Below, piece after piece: positions 14,113-26,732 of a stretch of DNA of 64,000 nucleotides. This DNA comes from Antedon mediterranea. Lineage: Eukaryota; Animalia; Echinodermata. The translations under genes were made by a program, and so were the position numbers. Below the pieces are notes generated by a model. That model was not told the DNA's origin, did no database searches, and was given only the letters and a program-made list of their open reading frames with translations. Position 1 is the stretch's first letter; the number at the start of each line of letters is the position of its first letter. The stretch spans positions 26,967,648 through 27,031,647 of the forward strand of contig NC_092673.1 of the NCBI RefSeq assembly GCF_964355755.1, in the 5' to 3' direction.

Positions 14113-15058
14113 GTCTACTTTTGTCCAGTCGGCATTTAGATTTATACGTATGAAACGCCATATGTGCCAAAATATTGATTTTTTAAATTAATTTCGGTCT
14201 AGAAGTTTGTGAGCAGTGAGCTGCGAAACATGTGTTAGTGCTTATTTTATAATTGGCACGATGTTAAAGAAATAGAAACATTCATGGTCATTTCTTAGCC
14301 CATAAAGTGATTACATTTGGAATATTTACATCATTTTGTTTAACTCTCTAGGCTTAATGCGTATTACATTATGACGAATGTAAAGAAAAAAACAGGTGTA
14401 TACGCTGGAGTTATACAAGTTATATTCCATTTCACAATTTTAGTTAGGCCTAATGTAATACTAAAGCGTGGTTCTAGAGACGTAACTCAAGGACGAGACA
14501 CATCGCAAACGAGTTGACCAATGACAAGCGACAATTCGAATTATCTATCGCTTCTGATTGGTCAAATCGCTTGCGTTACGCTTACATTCTAGCATTGCGT
14601 CCTAGTGCGAACGATGTCATATTTCTGCATAACTTTTTATTTTGAAACATTAATATTGTTCAATCACTTTCCAGCTTATATAATGATTAACGATGACTAA
14701 TCTTAAGAAGAACAAGTCAAAACAGGTGTGTAGGTTCAGTTATATAATTCCATTTTTTTCTTCATATTATAGATATGTTACTCATGTAATCACTAACGAT
14801 GCCAGGTATGTGTTTGAAATCTTTCCAACTTTTTGAGGGACAAAAAAAAAGATTCGATTCCAAACCTTTTAATTATTTATAAGAAGCTTTAGACCTACTT
14901 TTTTTAGTTGCACATGTAAGCCTGAGCCAATGTTTAGAAGTTGTACATTGTATTTGTTTGTGCTTCCAGGCAAAGTAGTGACTGTATAAACACATAATAT
15001 GCCATATGTCTTGGCCATCATTAGGCGACTATTATAAAAAGGCTAAAGATTCCCTTCC

Positions 15059-15280
15059 CCATCTAATACTCTGCAACATCCCCCTCATACATACTCATCC
15101 CAGCAAATCTCCCACCCTGCCTGAAAGGAGAGTGCCCCATCGGAGGTGCTAACCGGTCGTTGGCGACCAATGTCTAATACTCTGCAACATCCCCCTCATA
15201 CTCATCCCAGCAAATCTCCCACCCTGCCTGAAAGGGGAGTGCCCCACCGGAGTTGCTAACCGCTCGCTGGCGACCAAAGT
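15059..15280. repeat. tandem duplication of ~110 bp
   Basis: tctaatactctgcaacatccccctcatac...ggcgaccaa occurs twice in direct orientation. Confidence 0.85.
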
Positions 15281-15477
15281 CTTTTACGTGTTTTTTTTTG
15301 CACATAATTGTTGTTGTATGTTGTATGTATGCACATGTATAAAATGCATTTAAATAATACTCGCTTCTTTTTGGTGAACTGTTGGGTTTTGTTGTTTAAT
15401 TGTAATAATTTAAATTGTAAATATATAAATTGTGAATTGTAAATAATTTCTAGGTTTACATATTGGATTCGTTTATG

Positions 15478-15646
15478 TTATGGAAAGCCAACCCCGCCAA
15501 AAATACATACCATCCACCAATAATTCATTCATACAAAATTCAAGCCATCCAATCTTATCACATGCAGTTCTCAAGAGATAAGATTAGATTACTTGAATTA
15601 TTGGTGGATGGTATTATGTATTTTTTGGCGGGTTTGGCTTTCCATA
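15478..15646. mobile_element. hairpin MITE
   Basis: atggaaagccaaccccgccaaaaatacataccatccaccaataattc is imperfectly inverted at ~15596-15645. Confidence 0.65.
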
Positions 15647-17214
15647 GCCGCCTGTACACTACATTTATAGCGTTTCCTGAATTCGCCCCAGTGATAAATT
15701 GGTATAGATCGCGACATCAACCTCAGTACCTTGATTTTTCGAATTTGATTTAGGATACGTCAACAGCAAGGCTACAAAATACAGCTGTATTTATCGCGAA
15801 TCTAAACAAAAAATATTCGTTTGCACTTTTTACCACACTAAAATATGTTTGCTGTTAAACGCTCATATTACGCCTATTTATCACCCGACTGTCTGTACTA
15901 TCTCCACATATGGCATTAAATGTGCAGATATCACAGGAAAATTCTATAATACAGTGTCACATATGTATCACATGTGACCGCTGTAGGCCTACTTGAATTT
16001 CCTTTCGTTACTCGAGACGAGTATTTTGTGGAATAGCTTTGAATTCTCCCCATCCCGCGCGCATACTACAGAAGAAGACATATGACGTCGATATGTTTTG
16101 AATACCGCCTTGAATTCATACTCGACATAATATGACGTTATTATTTTGTTTTTATTGTTCGCCCGAGACAACTCCACCCCAGACCCCACTCAATCCCACA
16201 CAGATTACTAGGCATTAAATATTTACAACGTAATTGACAGCAAAAGTACATTGTAAATAAATTATGATCTAGTTTGAAATCTTGTCAGCAGCTTGTAACC
16301 TAGCCTAGACCTTTGTCAGTACATGTAACCTAGCCTACATGTCTAAATTGTAATTAAATACATCGTAAATAATAAGTTCGTTTGGGTTCTATTATATAAA
16401 ATCAACAACCTTATACTTGTTGTTGATTTATGATAGAATGTTTTCATTCAATGAACATTGTTTATCGTTCGAAAAGAACATGTTTGAAATATTTGTATAA
16501 TATAACAATATCATTATTTATTTAAATGTTTTTAAACGAAATTATAAAAAACTAATTGCGTTGCATTTTTATAGGTTTTCGTGGTACTAATGTTGTGCGA
16601 CGACATAACTCTTTCCAAATTACAGATGAATTACGTTTTAGTTTTTTAAGGGCATTATATTCAGCCTGGTAGTGAACCCGTCGCTTGGAAGTAGGCCTTA
16701 TAATGTATGTCAGTTAGTCTGTGATTGTTTATCGGCAAACCATCGTTTGTTGCCGTTACGTCAATCAAGACAATCTAACAATGGGATGCTGAGCTCCGAA
16801 GATCAAAGAGTTTATCTGTGGCTGCGACATCAACACTACCATGCGCCTTAACACAGACACCTCACGCTGCGGAGAACATGTCCATACTACATAAGATCAA
16901 ATGAATGTTCAAGTTCCTATCTTGGCAAGGCCAGTTCAGTGTAATGTAAGATTTTGACAGAACATTAGGCCAATCAGTCTTATCGTGTCTGACCATGGGC
17001 AGACATACCGTTTTCGGCCAAAGGGTCTTTTTCGACTGGTGTCAGAAAAAAGGGTTTCATTTCACTACGGTACTACACCATAGCATTTATTTCTTATTTT
17101 CAATAACATTTTGCTGTCAAAACAAAAAGAATAATATCTTAGTTAACAAACTGTTCAAACCAGAAACGTTTTTGGCTGACAGCCCTTTCAAGATGACAAA
17201 ACCACTGCAACTGA

Positions 17215-17372
17215 ATGGGGAAAACTGAATATGGAACACCAGATCAATGTCTTACCTGTGGGAAACTGACAACTATGGAACGCCAGTTCAATAATATTGT
17301 CTTACCTGTCAAATGTGGGAAACTGACAACTATGGAATGCCAGTTCAATAATATTGTCTTACCTGTCAAATG
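17215..17372. repeat. ~60-bp direct repeats (2 full + 1 partial)
   Basis: tgtgggaaactgacaactatggaa...cagttcaataatattgtcttacctgtcaaatg repeated. Confidence 0.75.
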
Positions 17373-18736
17373 TTTGGAGGTTACAATTTCAGATGATTTA
17401 GTCAGAAGATCAAATATTGCATTATTGTCAGATTGTTGCTTATTTATTATCTATCAATGGCCTGATGGCATGGAAAGTACAGCAACACTTTAATAATTCT
17501 GGCAACGTGATGAGTCATCGTGAATTACAACTAACAAACCTAAATTTTATTATAGGAATTACAAACGAAAAAATAGACTAGGACAGTTCTAGGATCAAAA
17601 CTTTAGTTTTCTTTGAGAAAAAAATGTATGTTTCTCGTTTATCTGTCGTCGATGATCGATATAGTATAAATGGTACTTTACTCTGATATGATTCGGATCA
17701 GTTAACACAAATCTATAGTGCGTGTGAACACGCCTTATGATATTCTTATATTTATATTCCAGTGCAACAATAATTGTTGAATTACATAACAGCGGTCGAT
17801 TTGTTTTCAAACGTTCAAATCATAAATAATATAACAGATGCGATATGAGTAATTAAAACACGCCTTATTAAAATTAATATGAAATTCATTTCATATATTT
17901 TTTAAATTAAATTATCGGTATACTTTACAACAATTCTGAACAAAGTCATTTGTTACTTTTATTCGTGTTTTTTTTAGGGTTAACGATCGTTGCAGATAGT
18001 TCAAATTTCGGTAATGTAGATTATAAGTTTAAAATTGTCATGATGAATTTTGTTCGAATCATTTTTTTTAATTAGTGTAATGTCATAATGTGTAACATAA
18101 TATCTGATTTTTATGATTAGAAAACAGATAATATTGTTATATAAATTTACAAACTTAAATTTAAATGAATGTGACATCCTTTAAAGTTCGATAAATAATG
18201 TTGGCATACTCATTTACCGTCCGCATGCGCTGTGCCTAAATCATCGCGTGAGTTTATCGTTAGGTAACAGTGTCCCACTTAAAATAGGCAATTTTAGTGC
18301 AAATATTAAAATTTGTCGAGTGATATAAATTAGAAAGGGACATTAAAATTGGTCATCAATTTCGTCGAATGTTAAAGGTTCAACTTAAGTCGTTTTAACA
18401 TAATTGAATGTGAATTGTCACATTCGAGTTTTAGATTTTAAACATTGATTTTTGTGTGTAGTACGTGGTTATTCTGCTTAAATCAATGGCACTCGGGGAG
18501 CGATCAAAATACGATTAAAAAGTAATATCAATTTTTACAAAATGTATACTTGTTTCCGTCTAATTAGTTATCTTGAGATTGGATTTAGTGAATACATTTA
18601 TAGATTATTTTTTTCCATAATTTAATCATTTGTGAGAGATGTGGCGCGCCCAGAAAGTTATTTTATGTTGACATACGACGTCCATTGGATAGGCGCGTGG
18701 GTACATCATTACAAAGAAGAAGGTTCGTCTATAGAT

Positions 18737-19005
18737 AGTATCAGAAAGTGTTCCTATCATTAATAATAAGCCTACAATTTTCAACAAGATGTGTGTTGGT
18801 TGGTGGATATGTTTTTGTCAAGCTTTAAGCGTATCCTGTGATACCGGTAGTCCTGTCACTTATAAGGTAGACTCCTAATAGATATAGAATCAGAAAGTGT
18901 TCCTATCATTAATAATAAGTCTACAATTTTCAACAAGATGTGTGTTGGTTGATGGATATTTTTTTGTCAAACTTTAAGCGTATCCTGTGATGCCGGTAGT
19001 CCTGT
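18737..19005. repeat. tandem duplication of ~150 bp
   Basis: atcagaaagtgttcctatcattaataataag...ccggtagtcctgt present twice in direct orientation. Confidence 0.85.
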
Positions 19006-19178
19006 AGACTCCTATTTCCGAATATTTAACTTATTTTTCAAAACTTCTTCCAAGTAATAAACACATCACATTCTGCACATGCGTTTCTACTTCCGAACGC
19101 CTTCTATTTTGAGACAATTTAATTAGGTTAATTTCTAAACCGAATGCTCATCCTATTGAAGCTTAGGATATGCCCTAG

Positions 19179-21367
19179 CAGTGGCGTATCCAGTAGGGGG
19201 GCCGAGGGGCGATTTTTTTTTTCGTACATAAGTTGGGGACCCCTTCATGAAACGTCACAAAATAAACATGAATAATTCATCAGTTAAATTTGTTGTTCCG
19301 TGTGCACCCAAGCGTATAGCAACAAGAAGTGATTACACAACTGCGATACGATACTTTCTACAGTAGGCCTAGGATTATAAGTTAATTCACGTGATTGCCT
19401 TCGCGCACTCTTCTTTCACACACAAAATGTGTCGAATCGAGGCTATCGACAGCTAGGCAAGTACGGCAAGACATTAAACTAAGTAGTAATTCATTGGACA
19501 TAGCCCAAAGAAAGCTTAGACCCACAAGAATAAAGAATGTGTATAATTTGTGTAGGCCTACTGTATTTTTTTAATTCTGCTATTTTATTATCAAACAATA
19601 TGCATGTACTCAAAGGAACTTTAAAAATGCGCGTATATGAACACATGAGATGGGAAGATTTGACCCACGAGAATAAAAATGTATTTTTGTGTAATGTTTA
19701 TTGTTTAATTTTGCTGACTTATTACTCGGATTGTGTCATACCAAAGATAGTGTAACTATCTTTGGTCATACCTAATACACACACACCCACACAGCTACTA
19801 CTAGAATAGACATGGGTTTAGAGACTAATAATTAGGCCTAATAGTATTAATAGAAACTATAGTTTTAACACGTAATTCTTTAGTAAAAAATTATATTAAA
19901 AACACCATAAACTAAAGGCTGATTATTTCGACAATCCACACAAAACGCCGCTATTCTTCTATGAAATCGCACGCCGCAACAACAGCGGAGATAGGCCTAG
20001 AATCGTACCGCACTTGTGTAATCACTTCTTGTTGCTATACGCTTGGGTGCACACGGAACAAGACAATTTAACTGATGAATTATTCATGTTTATTTTGTGA
20101 CGTTTCATGAGGGGGTCCCCAACTTATGTACGAAAAAAAAAATCCCCCCCCCCCTGATTTCGTTTCCGTCGGCACATCATCGCGGCCGTCGGCAAACAAA
20201 GGTGCCGGGGAAAAAAATAAACTATTTATTCTGACAATAATTGAACTGTAAACATAATTCTTTTGAGTGTTTGTTTATTTACATATCATATCATCATTGA
20301 TCCCTTCATATCAACTATTTTTTATTTTCATTACATCTAACGAAACACGTAAACAATGTGTAGCACGTACGTACGGCCGTACGCGGTAGATTGTTTACTC
20401 AAAAGTTTTTGACCTTTACCCTAAAACCTTGTTTTTGCATGCAGTTGAGCCTCTCATGACCTGGGATTTGTATGTCTTCCTACGCTAAGAGATTATATAG
20501 TTCCACATGCCATGTGCTTTTTTGTCTAAGATATATTTATTATAAGTGCCAAAAACCCGGGTTTTTTTTCGATATGAGGCCTTTATTATTCAAAATTTTT
20601 AAAGAAAAAGCACATATACCATAAAAAATATCCATGTATTTCATTTTTGAAACAGAATATTCCGTGAGGCTCAACTACAAAACCACCATTTTGTGATATG
20701 TGATATGATGTCATCATAAGCCAACCAAAGCTGAGCTTTCTCGCGATTGGCATTGCTCACGGTTGAATGATTTAGGATTCTAGCTGATTTGATTGGTGGA
20801 TGCGAATCACCCGCAGCGGAATGTTTTCTCTCGCGCGTGTACCATGAATCTCTCTGATCGTTACTACACAATGTTGAACAATGAATTTGTCCGAATTCCG
20901 TTAAGTAAACAACTTTATATATTTTATAAGCATTTAATAACATGTTTTATTGATATTTCCAATGGTGATATATAAAATAAATTACTAAAAAACGTAATTA
21001 TATGTAATTATTTTAACCAAAAATGGCGTAGTTAATAGAATTGTTGACTGAGGCCGCAAATTGTTTTACTTCTTTCGTGGCTAAAAACGATCATTTTCGG
21101 CGATGTTTTAGACCCTATATTTCGAAAACTACAAATCAAATTTTCCTACTTCTTTCTTTATTGTAATATGAATACAACATACTAACAGATAATGTTGGTT
21201 TGGTTTTAATTTTGCATCGTTATCCCATATAAGACAATATGACTATGTAATCCTAGAACATTGATCAGAGACGTCGTGTATGTACAGATAATGACACCAA
21301 TTTTGTCGGCAAATTGGCAATTCCCGCCCCCCCCCCCCTCAACTTCAAAATCCTGGATACGCCACTG
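19179..21367. mobile_element. non-autonomous hAT-like DNA transposon carrying a nested inverted-repeat element
   Basis: TIRs CAGTGGCGTATCCAG ... CTGGATACGCCACTG; 8-bp flanking duplication tgccctag (19171-19178)/cgccctag (21368-21375); no transposase ORF. Confidence 0.75.
19213..20143. mobile_element. element with ~140-bp inverted repeats nested in the hAT-like element
   Basis: ~19213-19352 (cgtacataagttggggacccc...gtgattacacaa) is the reverse complement of ~20002-20143. Confidence 0.75.
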
Positions 21368-21370
21368 CGC

Positions 21371-21776
21371 CCTAGTACACCGGTTTAGTGTCGGTACTAG
21401 GTATAGAATGTGTCACAGAGGAATATGATTAAATGGTGTAAAGTCTGAGCGAATTCCTCGTGTTTTCTTGGCGTTTAACACCTTTCTCATTATGACGCGA
21501 AAGAAAGCACATATCTTTCTTTGCAAAAGGATTCCTTAAGCCTAATACACCGTTTTGCAATGTTTAGTGTCGGTACTAGGTATAGAATGTGTCACAGAGG
21601 AATATGGTTAATAAGGGGTGGAGTCTGAGCGAAGTCATCGTGTTTTTTTTTTTTTTTTGCCGTTTTTCCATCTTAATATCTATAAACTACTGTGTTGACG
21701 GCGAAAGGAGGCACACAATATCTATCTTTGCAAAAGGATTCCTTAACCCTGGTACACCGTTTTGCAAGGTTTAGTA
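21371..21776. repeat. degenerate tandem duplication (~170-230 bp units)
   Basis: gtttagtgtcggtactaggtatagaatgtgtcacagaggaatatg and tctttgcaaaaggattccttaa each occur twice. Confidence 0.7.
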
Positions 21777-23867
21777 GGCCAGAACTTTTTCACAGGTGAA
21801 TCGAAGCAAATTTGCCGTTTTCCATATTGTAACACCAGCAGTCGTTAGTTTTTGACGCGAAAAGAACACGATCTTTCATTGAAAAAGTTATCAGTTATGT
21901 TTGAGGGCAGTAGATTGCATTTTTGTTTCGTCAGAACATAGAGAAACGTAAGTATAATATTTAGTTTTTACAGCCCATTAGTTTCCGTCCGTCTGTCTGT
22001 ATGTCTCCCTCCCTCCCCCATGTCATTGGTGGCTGTTTTTGCACTTTTCTACTAAATGTATTTTAACCACAGTGCTAAAAAAGGAGGTAAGGGAATTTCA
22101 CCGACGAATACAATCCAATTTCTTTATTAAAGAACTCAATACGGTGATGTAGACTTGTCTTCATTGTTGGTTTTTTTTAAATTTATTTGTTTTTATTTCG
22201 ATTTTTGTCTGAAATCCAAGCTCAAGTAGTATACGTATGAACGTATGAAACGCCATATGTGTCTTTTTAAAACAAAACTCCGTCTGGAGCCCAGACTAAC
22301 GGTGATGGTGCAATCAGTTACAGAATAGTTTTGGGGAATTCCACCGATGAATGCTAAACTTCCCAGGAAATATTAATTCATATTACAGTAATGAAGATAA
22401 AACTATTAAGCACATGAATGTTTATTGCTGGCAATGATTTGATCGAAGTGGCTAAGCAAATACAAAAACACACACACCTTAACACACACAACAAACCCTG
22501 TATTTGAAATACATTAAATAAACGGGGAAACTAGTATAAACAATAATAGTAATTCAATTTTAGCACTACCAACCAAACATTTTTAATGCATAGCACTTTT
22601 ATGGGCCTACATAAAATGAAAGTACAATATTTTTTCAAGAAACATTATAGGTCTTTTTCTCGGAATGGAAGACTTAACAATGCTGTGCAGGGAAGCGTAA
22701 CCAACAAAAATAACATCGTTTTCAGGGGTATTGTATTGTATGCTAACTCATAATATCACCTACTAAATTGTATGGCCTATGACTTATTTATGGTACATTG
22801 AAAATATTTCCTGTTTACATGGCAAACATCACATAGGTTTTGCATCAAACTTATTGAATACAACCAAATGTTGTAAAGCAAAGTAAAAATGTCATATAAT
22901 AGAATACAATTTAAAACAAATTACAAAACCATCATCTAAACATTATCTACGTATGTACATGTTAATATTACTTGCAACTGTTTGATAATATATGATTTTA
23001 CCAGGCACCTATACTACTGGTAATTCAAAGTTCCTCATCAAATACACCAGCTGGAAGTACATGTAGTATAATGTTATGTTTGATGGCAAAAAGTATTTTC
23101 TTTTTTATTTGGAATATTAGAGTAATATAAAGTGGTTTACAAATTAAATAAACCTTCCATTCACGATGTCAAATTGTAATACTGCTATATACATAGTAGT
23201 AATTACTGTTCAGCTTTTAAATGATTTGTTAGTTATCACATAATCAAGATTTACAGTTTTAATAAATAATATTAAATTAATTTTACATTGACTGCACACA
23301 CACAGAGAACTATTAAATACTTAATAATTAATACGTTAAGAGAATTGTAAGAAAAAAATAAATGAAAACCTGATCTACAGTATTTTTACAGATATAGAAA
23401 CGCCTTCAAACTAAATAATATAGCAAACTCAGAAGATAAAATACTGTATAAAATAATGTATAATAATGTATAAACATAGCATATATACAGAAACATATTT
23501 AATGGAATCTATATTCAAAAAATTATTCTTTACTCCATGATTCCAGTCACACTGGGATAAAACATTAATAATGATAATTGTGTTTTACACTTCAAAATAA
23601 AATAATGAACATTAATACTACATGATTAAATTGATTGATTAACACAATGTAAAAAGCAAAGAGAAATGTTGTCTTTTGGCATTTTAAGATATATAGTATA
23701 TATAAAAATTTGTAGAAAAAAAGAAATATATTACAAAATATGTGATATTAGCACCAATGACTTAAACATACATCTTTTTCTGTGTTTTTATACACATGAT
23801 CTAACTTAAAGTAACTCGCTAATTACATGATATTGTTACATCAATACTACTTATGTTACAATTTACA

Positions 23868-24266
23868 TAATAAGCTTTAGGCCTACTTGCTAAACAAATA
23901 AGCTTGACTCATTTCAACAAACAAGTTTGAACTGTTTAAGCAGAAACAATAAGCTTTAATTTTTAAACAAATAAGCTTTAATTTTTAAACAAATAAGCTC
24001 AATCAGTTTAAACAAGTTGTAAGCTTGACCCGTTTAAACAAATAAGCTTGACCCGTTTAAACAACTTGTAAGCCTGACCCGTTCAAACAAAAAGCTTGAC
24101 CCATTTAAACAAGTTGTAAGCTTGACAGGTTTCAACAAGTAAGCTTGACCTTTTCAAAAATAAGCTTGACCAGTTTAAAAAAGTTGTAAGCTTGAACCGT
24201 TTAAACAAACAAGCCTACCTGTTTAAACAAGTAAACTTAACCTGTTAAAGAAGTTGTAAGCTTTAA
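23868..24266. repeat. degenerate 20-23-bp tandem repeat rich in AAGCTT and TTTAAA
   Basis: Units like gtttaaacaaataagcttgacc / aacaagttgtaagcttgacc; probably within the 3' UTR of the minus-strand gene. Confidence 0.8.
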
Positions 24267-24721
24267 CAGGCATGGTTGCCCTTATTGGGAATGTTAGGCT
24301 AGCTGTCATTTCCGAAGAACTATTATAAAACCTATGAAAAGTTCTTGTCAAAAGTCTTGAAAAGTTAAATGTGAATTTATATTCTATTCTAGTGACTGTA
24401 CATAATACATTTATATATAAAATGTTTTGTTACATTAAAAAAAAAATTTCTCCAGCTTAAAATATTAATACTACAGGTAAAATTTATTTGTTAATCGTAA
24501 TCTATTTAAATTACTGTATGTGGGAATGTAACGGTTTGAGGCTTGCATGTTTTATATGAAGTGTAACATTTCAATCTAGGGTTTGCTAAGCTTACCCAAA
24601 CCCTTTTGAAATAAATAAGTTAATTGATGCTATGCAGAAGAAACAGATACCATTACCAGAGTCTATGATATACTAACTTAAGTTGTTTTTTCTCTTAGTC
24701 TTGTCTTGCTAGTGTTTGGAT

Positions 24722-26732
24722 TTAAAGGTATTCAAACGATTTGCCGCCAGGAACAATTCTTCCAGCATATTCAGCAGTTGCCTGCTCATGCAGGCTAATG
24801 TGTGAAAAATCAAACACTGATGGTTCTTCATTAGAAGCATTGTGGCGTCCACTTGGCTGCTCATGGTTGTTATTCATTGACAAATCGAACACTGATGGTT
24901 CTTCATTAGAAACATTGTGGCGTCCACTTGGCTGCTCATGGTTGTTATTCATTGACAAATCGAACACTGATGGTTCTTTATTAGAAACATTGTGGCGTCC
25001 ACTTGGCTGCTCATGGTTGTTATTCATTGACAAATCAAACACTGATGGTTCTTCATTAGAAGCATTGTGGCGTCCACTTGGCTGCTCATGGTTGTTATTC
25101 ATTGACAAATCGAACACTGATGGTTCTTTATTAGAAACATTGTGGCGTCCACTTGGCTGCTCATGGTTGTTATTCATTGACAAATCAAACACTGATGGTT
25201 CTTCATTAGAAGCATTGTGGCGTCCACTTGGCTGCTCATGGTTGTTATTCATTGACAAATCAAACACTGATGGTTCTTCATTAGTACCGTTGTGTCCAGT
25301 TGGCTGCTCATGGTTATTATTCTCTAATGACTCAAAATCTGCCATTGTCATCAAAGGTGATGGTTCAGGATTAGAACGACCATCACCATAATAGATGGTT
25401 TTTGCATTAAACGCACGCTCTCTAAATCTTTTTACTTCGTTTTTAGAATTAAGTGTTGCAGATTTCACAAACTTTTCAGCAGTGTGGATGAGTTTTTCGC
25501 AGTCTTTGTCAACTTGAGTTTCACTATGCTCAGTACTATCAAATAATTTCATTTGGTCCCATAATTCTTTAAGTTGGGGTTCATCTTGTTTCCAACACCT
25601 TTTAAAGTCATTGTCGTCTTCTTCTGCATAGCTTTCCAAAGATTCGTAAACAAGCTTGTCGATTTGAATGACAAAAGGAGTTTTGAATTTTGTTAACTGG
25701 TTGACATTTAATGAATTAACAAGAAAGGGTAGCATTGTACAACTGTCTTGATGTTGGTTTAACAGTAAATTGCGTCTTAAAGGGTGTACAACTTCTAGTT
25801 TGAAGTCTGCAGTAGGGATATCTAACTTGGTTACTGTCATCATCTCTTGAATAGTTACTTTTTTCCTTTCAGGAAGATCAGCAAAACGATCAACATACTT
25901 CTTCATCCTAGGAGATAATTTATCCACCATGTATTCCAGCTTGGAATCCAGTTGATCTGTTTGGGAAGCTGCCTCATTACTAAGTGTAAGAAGAGGCTTC
26001 TTTATTAGAAGCTCTGTCAATTCCTTCGCAGTGAAACCGTCGACCAAGCCATCTGCAAGAACCATAATAAGAAATGGCCAACATTCTACTAGTTCGGCAA
26101 GCTTTTTCAACTCTTCATCTGTTGCTGTTACCTCGGGAGCATCTGTACAGTTATACTTAAAAATGTCTATTTGCTGTCTGAAAAACTGGACAGAAAATGT
26201 GTCCAGCGGCTTACAACAATGTGTCAATGCAGTATGGTAGAGTGTGTATTGAAACTGACTTGTAAAAATCACAAACAGATTTTGGCATTGTTCAGTCCAA
26301 TCCTTCAAAGTTTTTAAAAACAAGTCAATGCCAAACAAATCAACATCATCAAAAACACATACAAAATATTTGTCACGTTGACTTCTTAAAAACTGATGAA
26401 ACCATTTTACTGGTTTGTCAGTAAACTGCCCACTTCCTTCCAATTGTTCAAGAACCGACCTATTCATAGTTTTTTTAATGTTTTCATTCATTTCCTCTGC
26501 ACACTCCATTTCAAACGGCAGGTCTACTCGAAAGCAGTAAGATTTCTTATAAGATTTAGCACTTAATGCTACTTTCCGGGCCAACTCCCTTCCTTGTCTG
26601 TATTTCCCACTGAATGGTCCTCCACAGATTTGAACAATACGCATTCTATTACATTTACTATGGAGATTTTTTATTTGATCTGAAGAATCAAAAAAGGCAT
26701 CATGGTCATCTTTGTTCATATGGTCTTCCATC
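24722..26732 (-). CDS. main coding exon of a degenerate NB-ARC/STAND-like P-loop NTPase with C-terminal tandem repeats (~669-671 aa)
   Basis: 669-codon ORF in AT-rich DNA. Motifs in NB-ARC order: IVQICGGPFSGKY (Walker A, Y replacing S/T), FVCVFDDVD (Walker B), FVIFTSQ (sensor-I-like), CKPLD (RNBS-C-like), LAELVECWPFLI (GxP-like). A splice acceptor (tttctttcttccag) lies 1 nt upstream of the ATG. Confidence 0.8.
24803..25325 (-). repeat. coding minisatellite: 7 units of 75 nt (first unit 72 nt)
   Basis: Encodes SMNNNHEQPSGRHN[A/V]SN[E/K]EPSVFDL repeats; reading frame preserved throughout. Confidence 0.95.

Noticed and set aside
24741-25391. 216-aa + strand repetitive ORF
   Set aside because: Antisense shadow of the 75-nt coding repeat; TTG start and no independent support.
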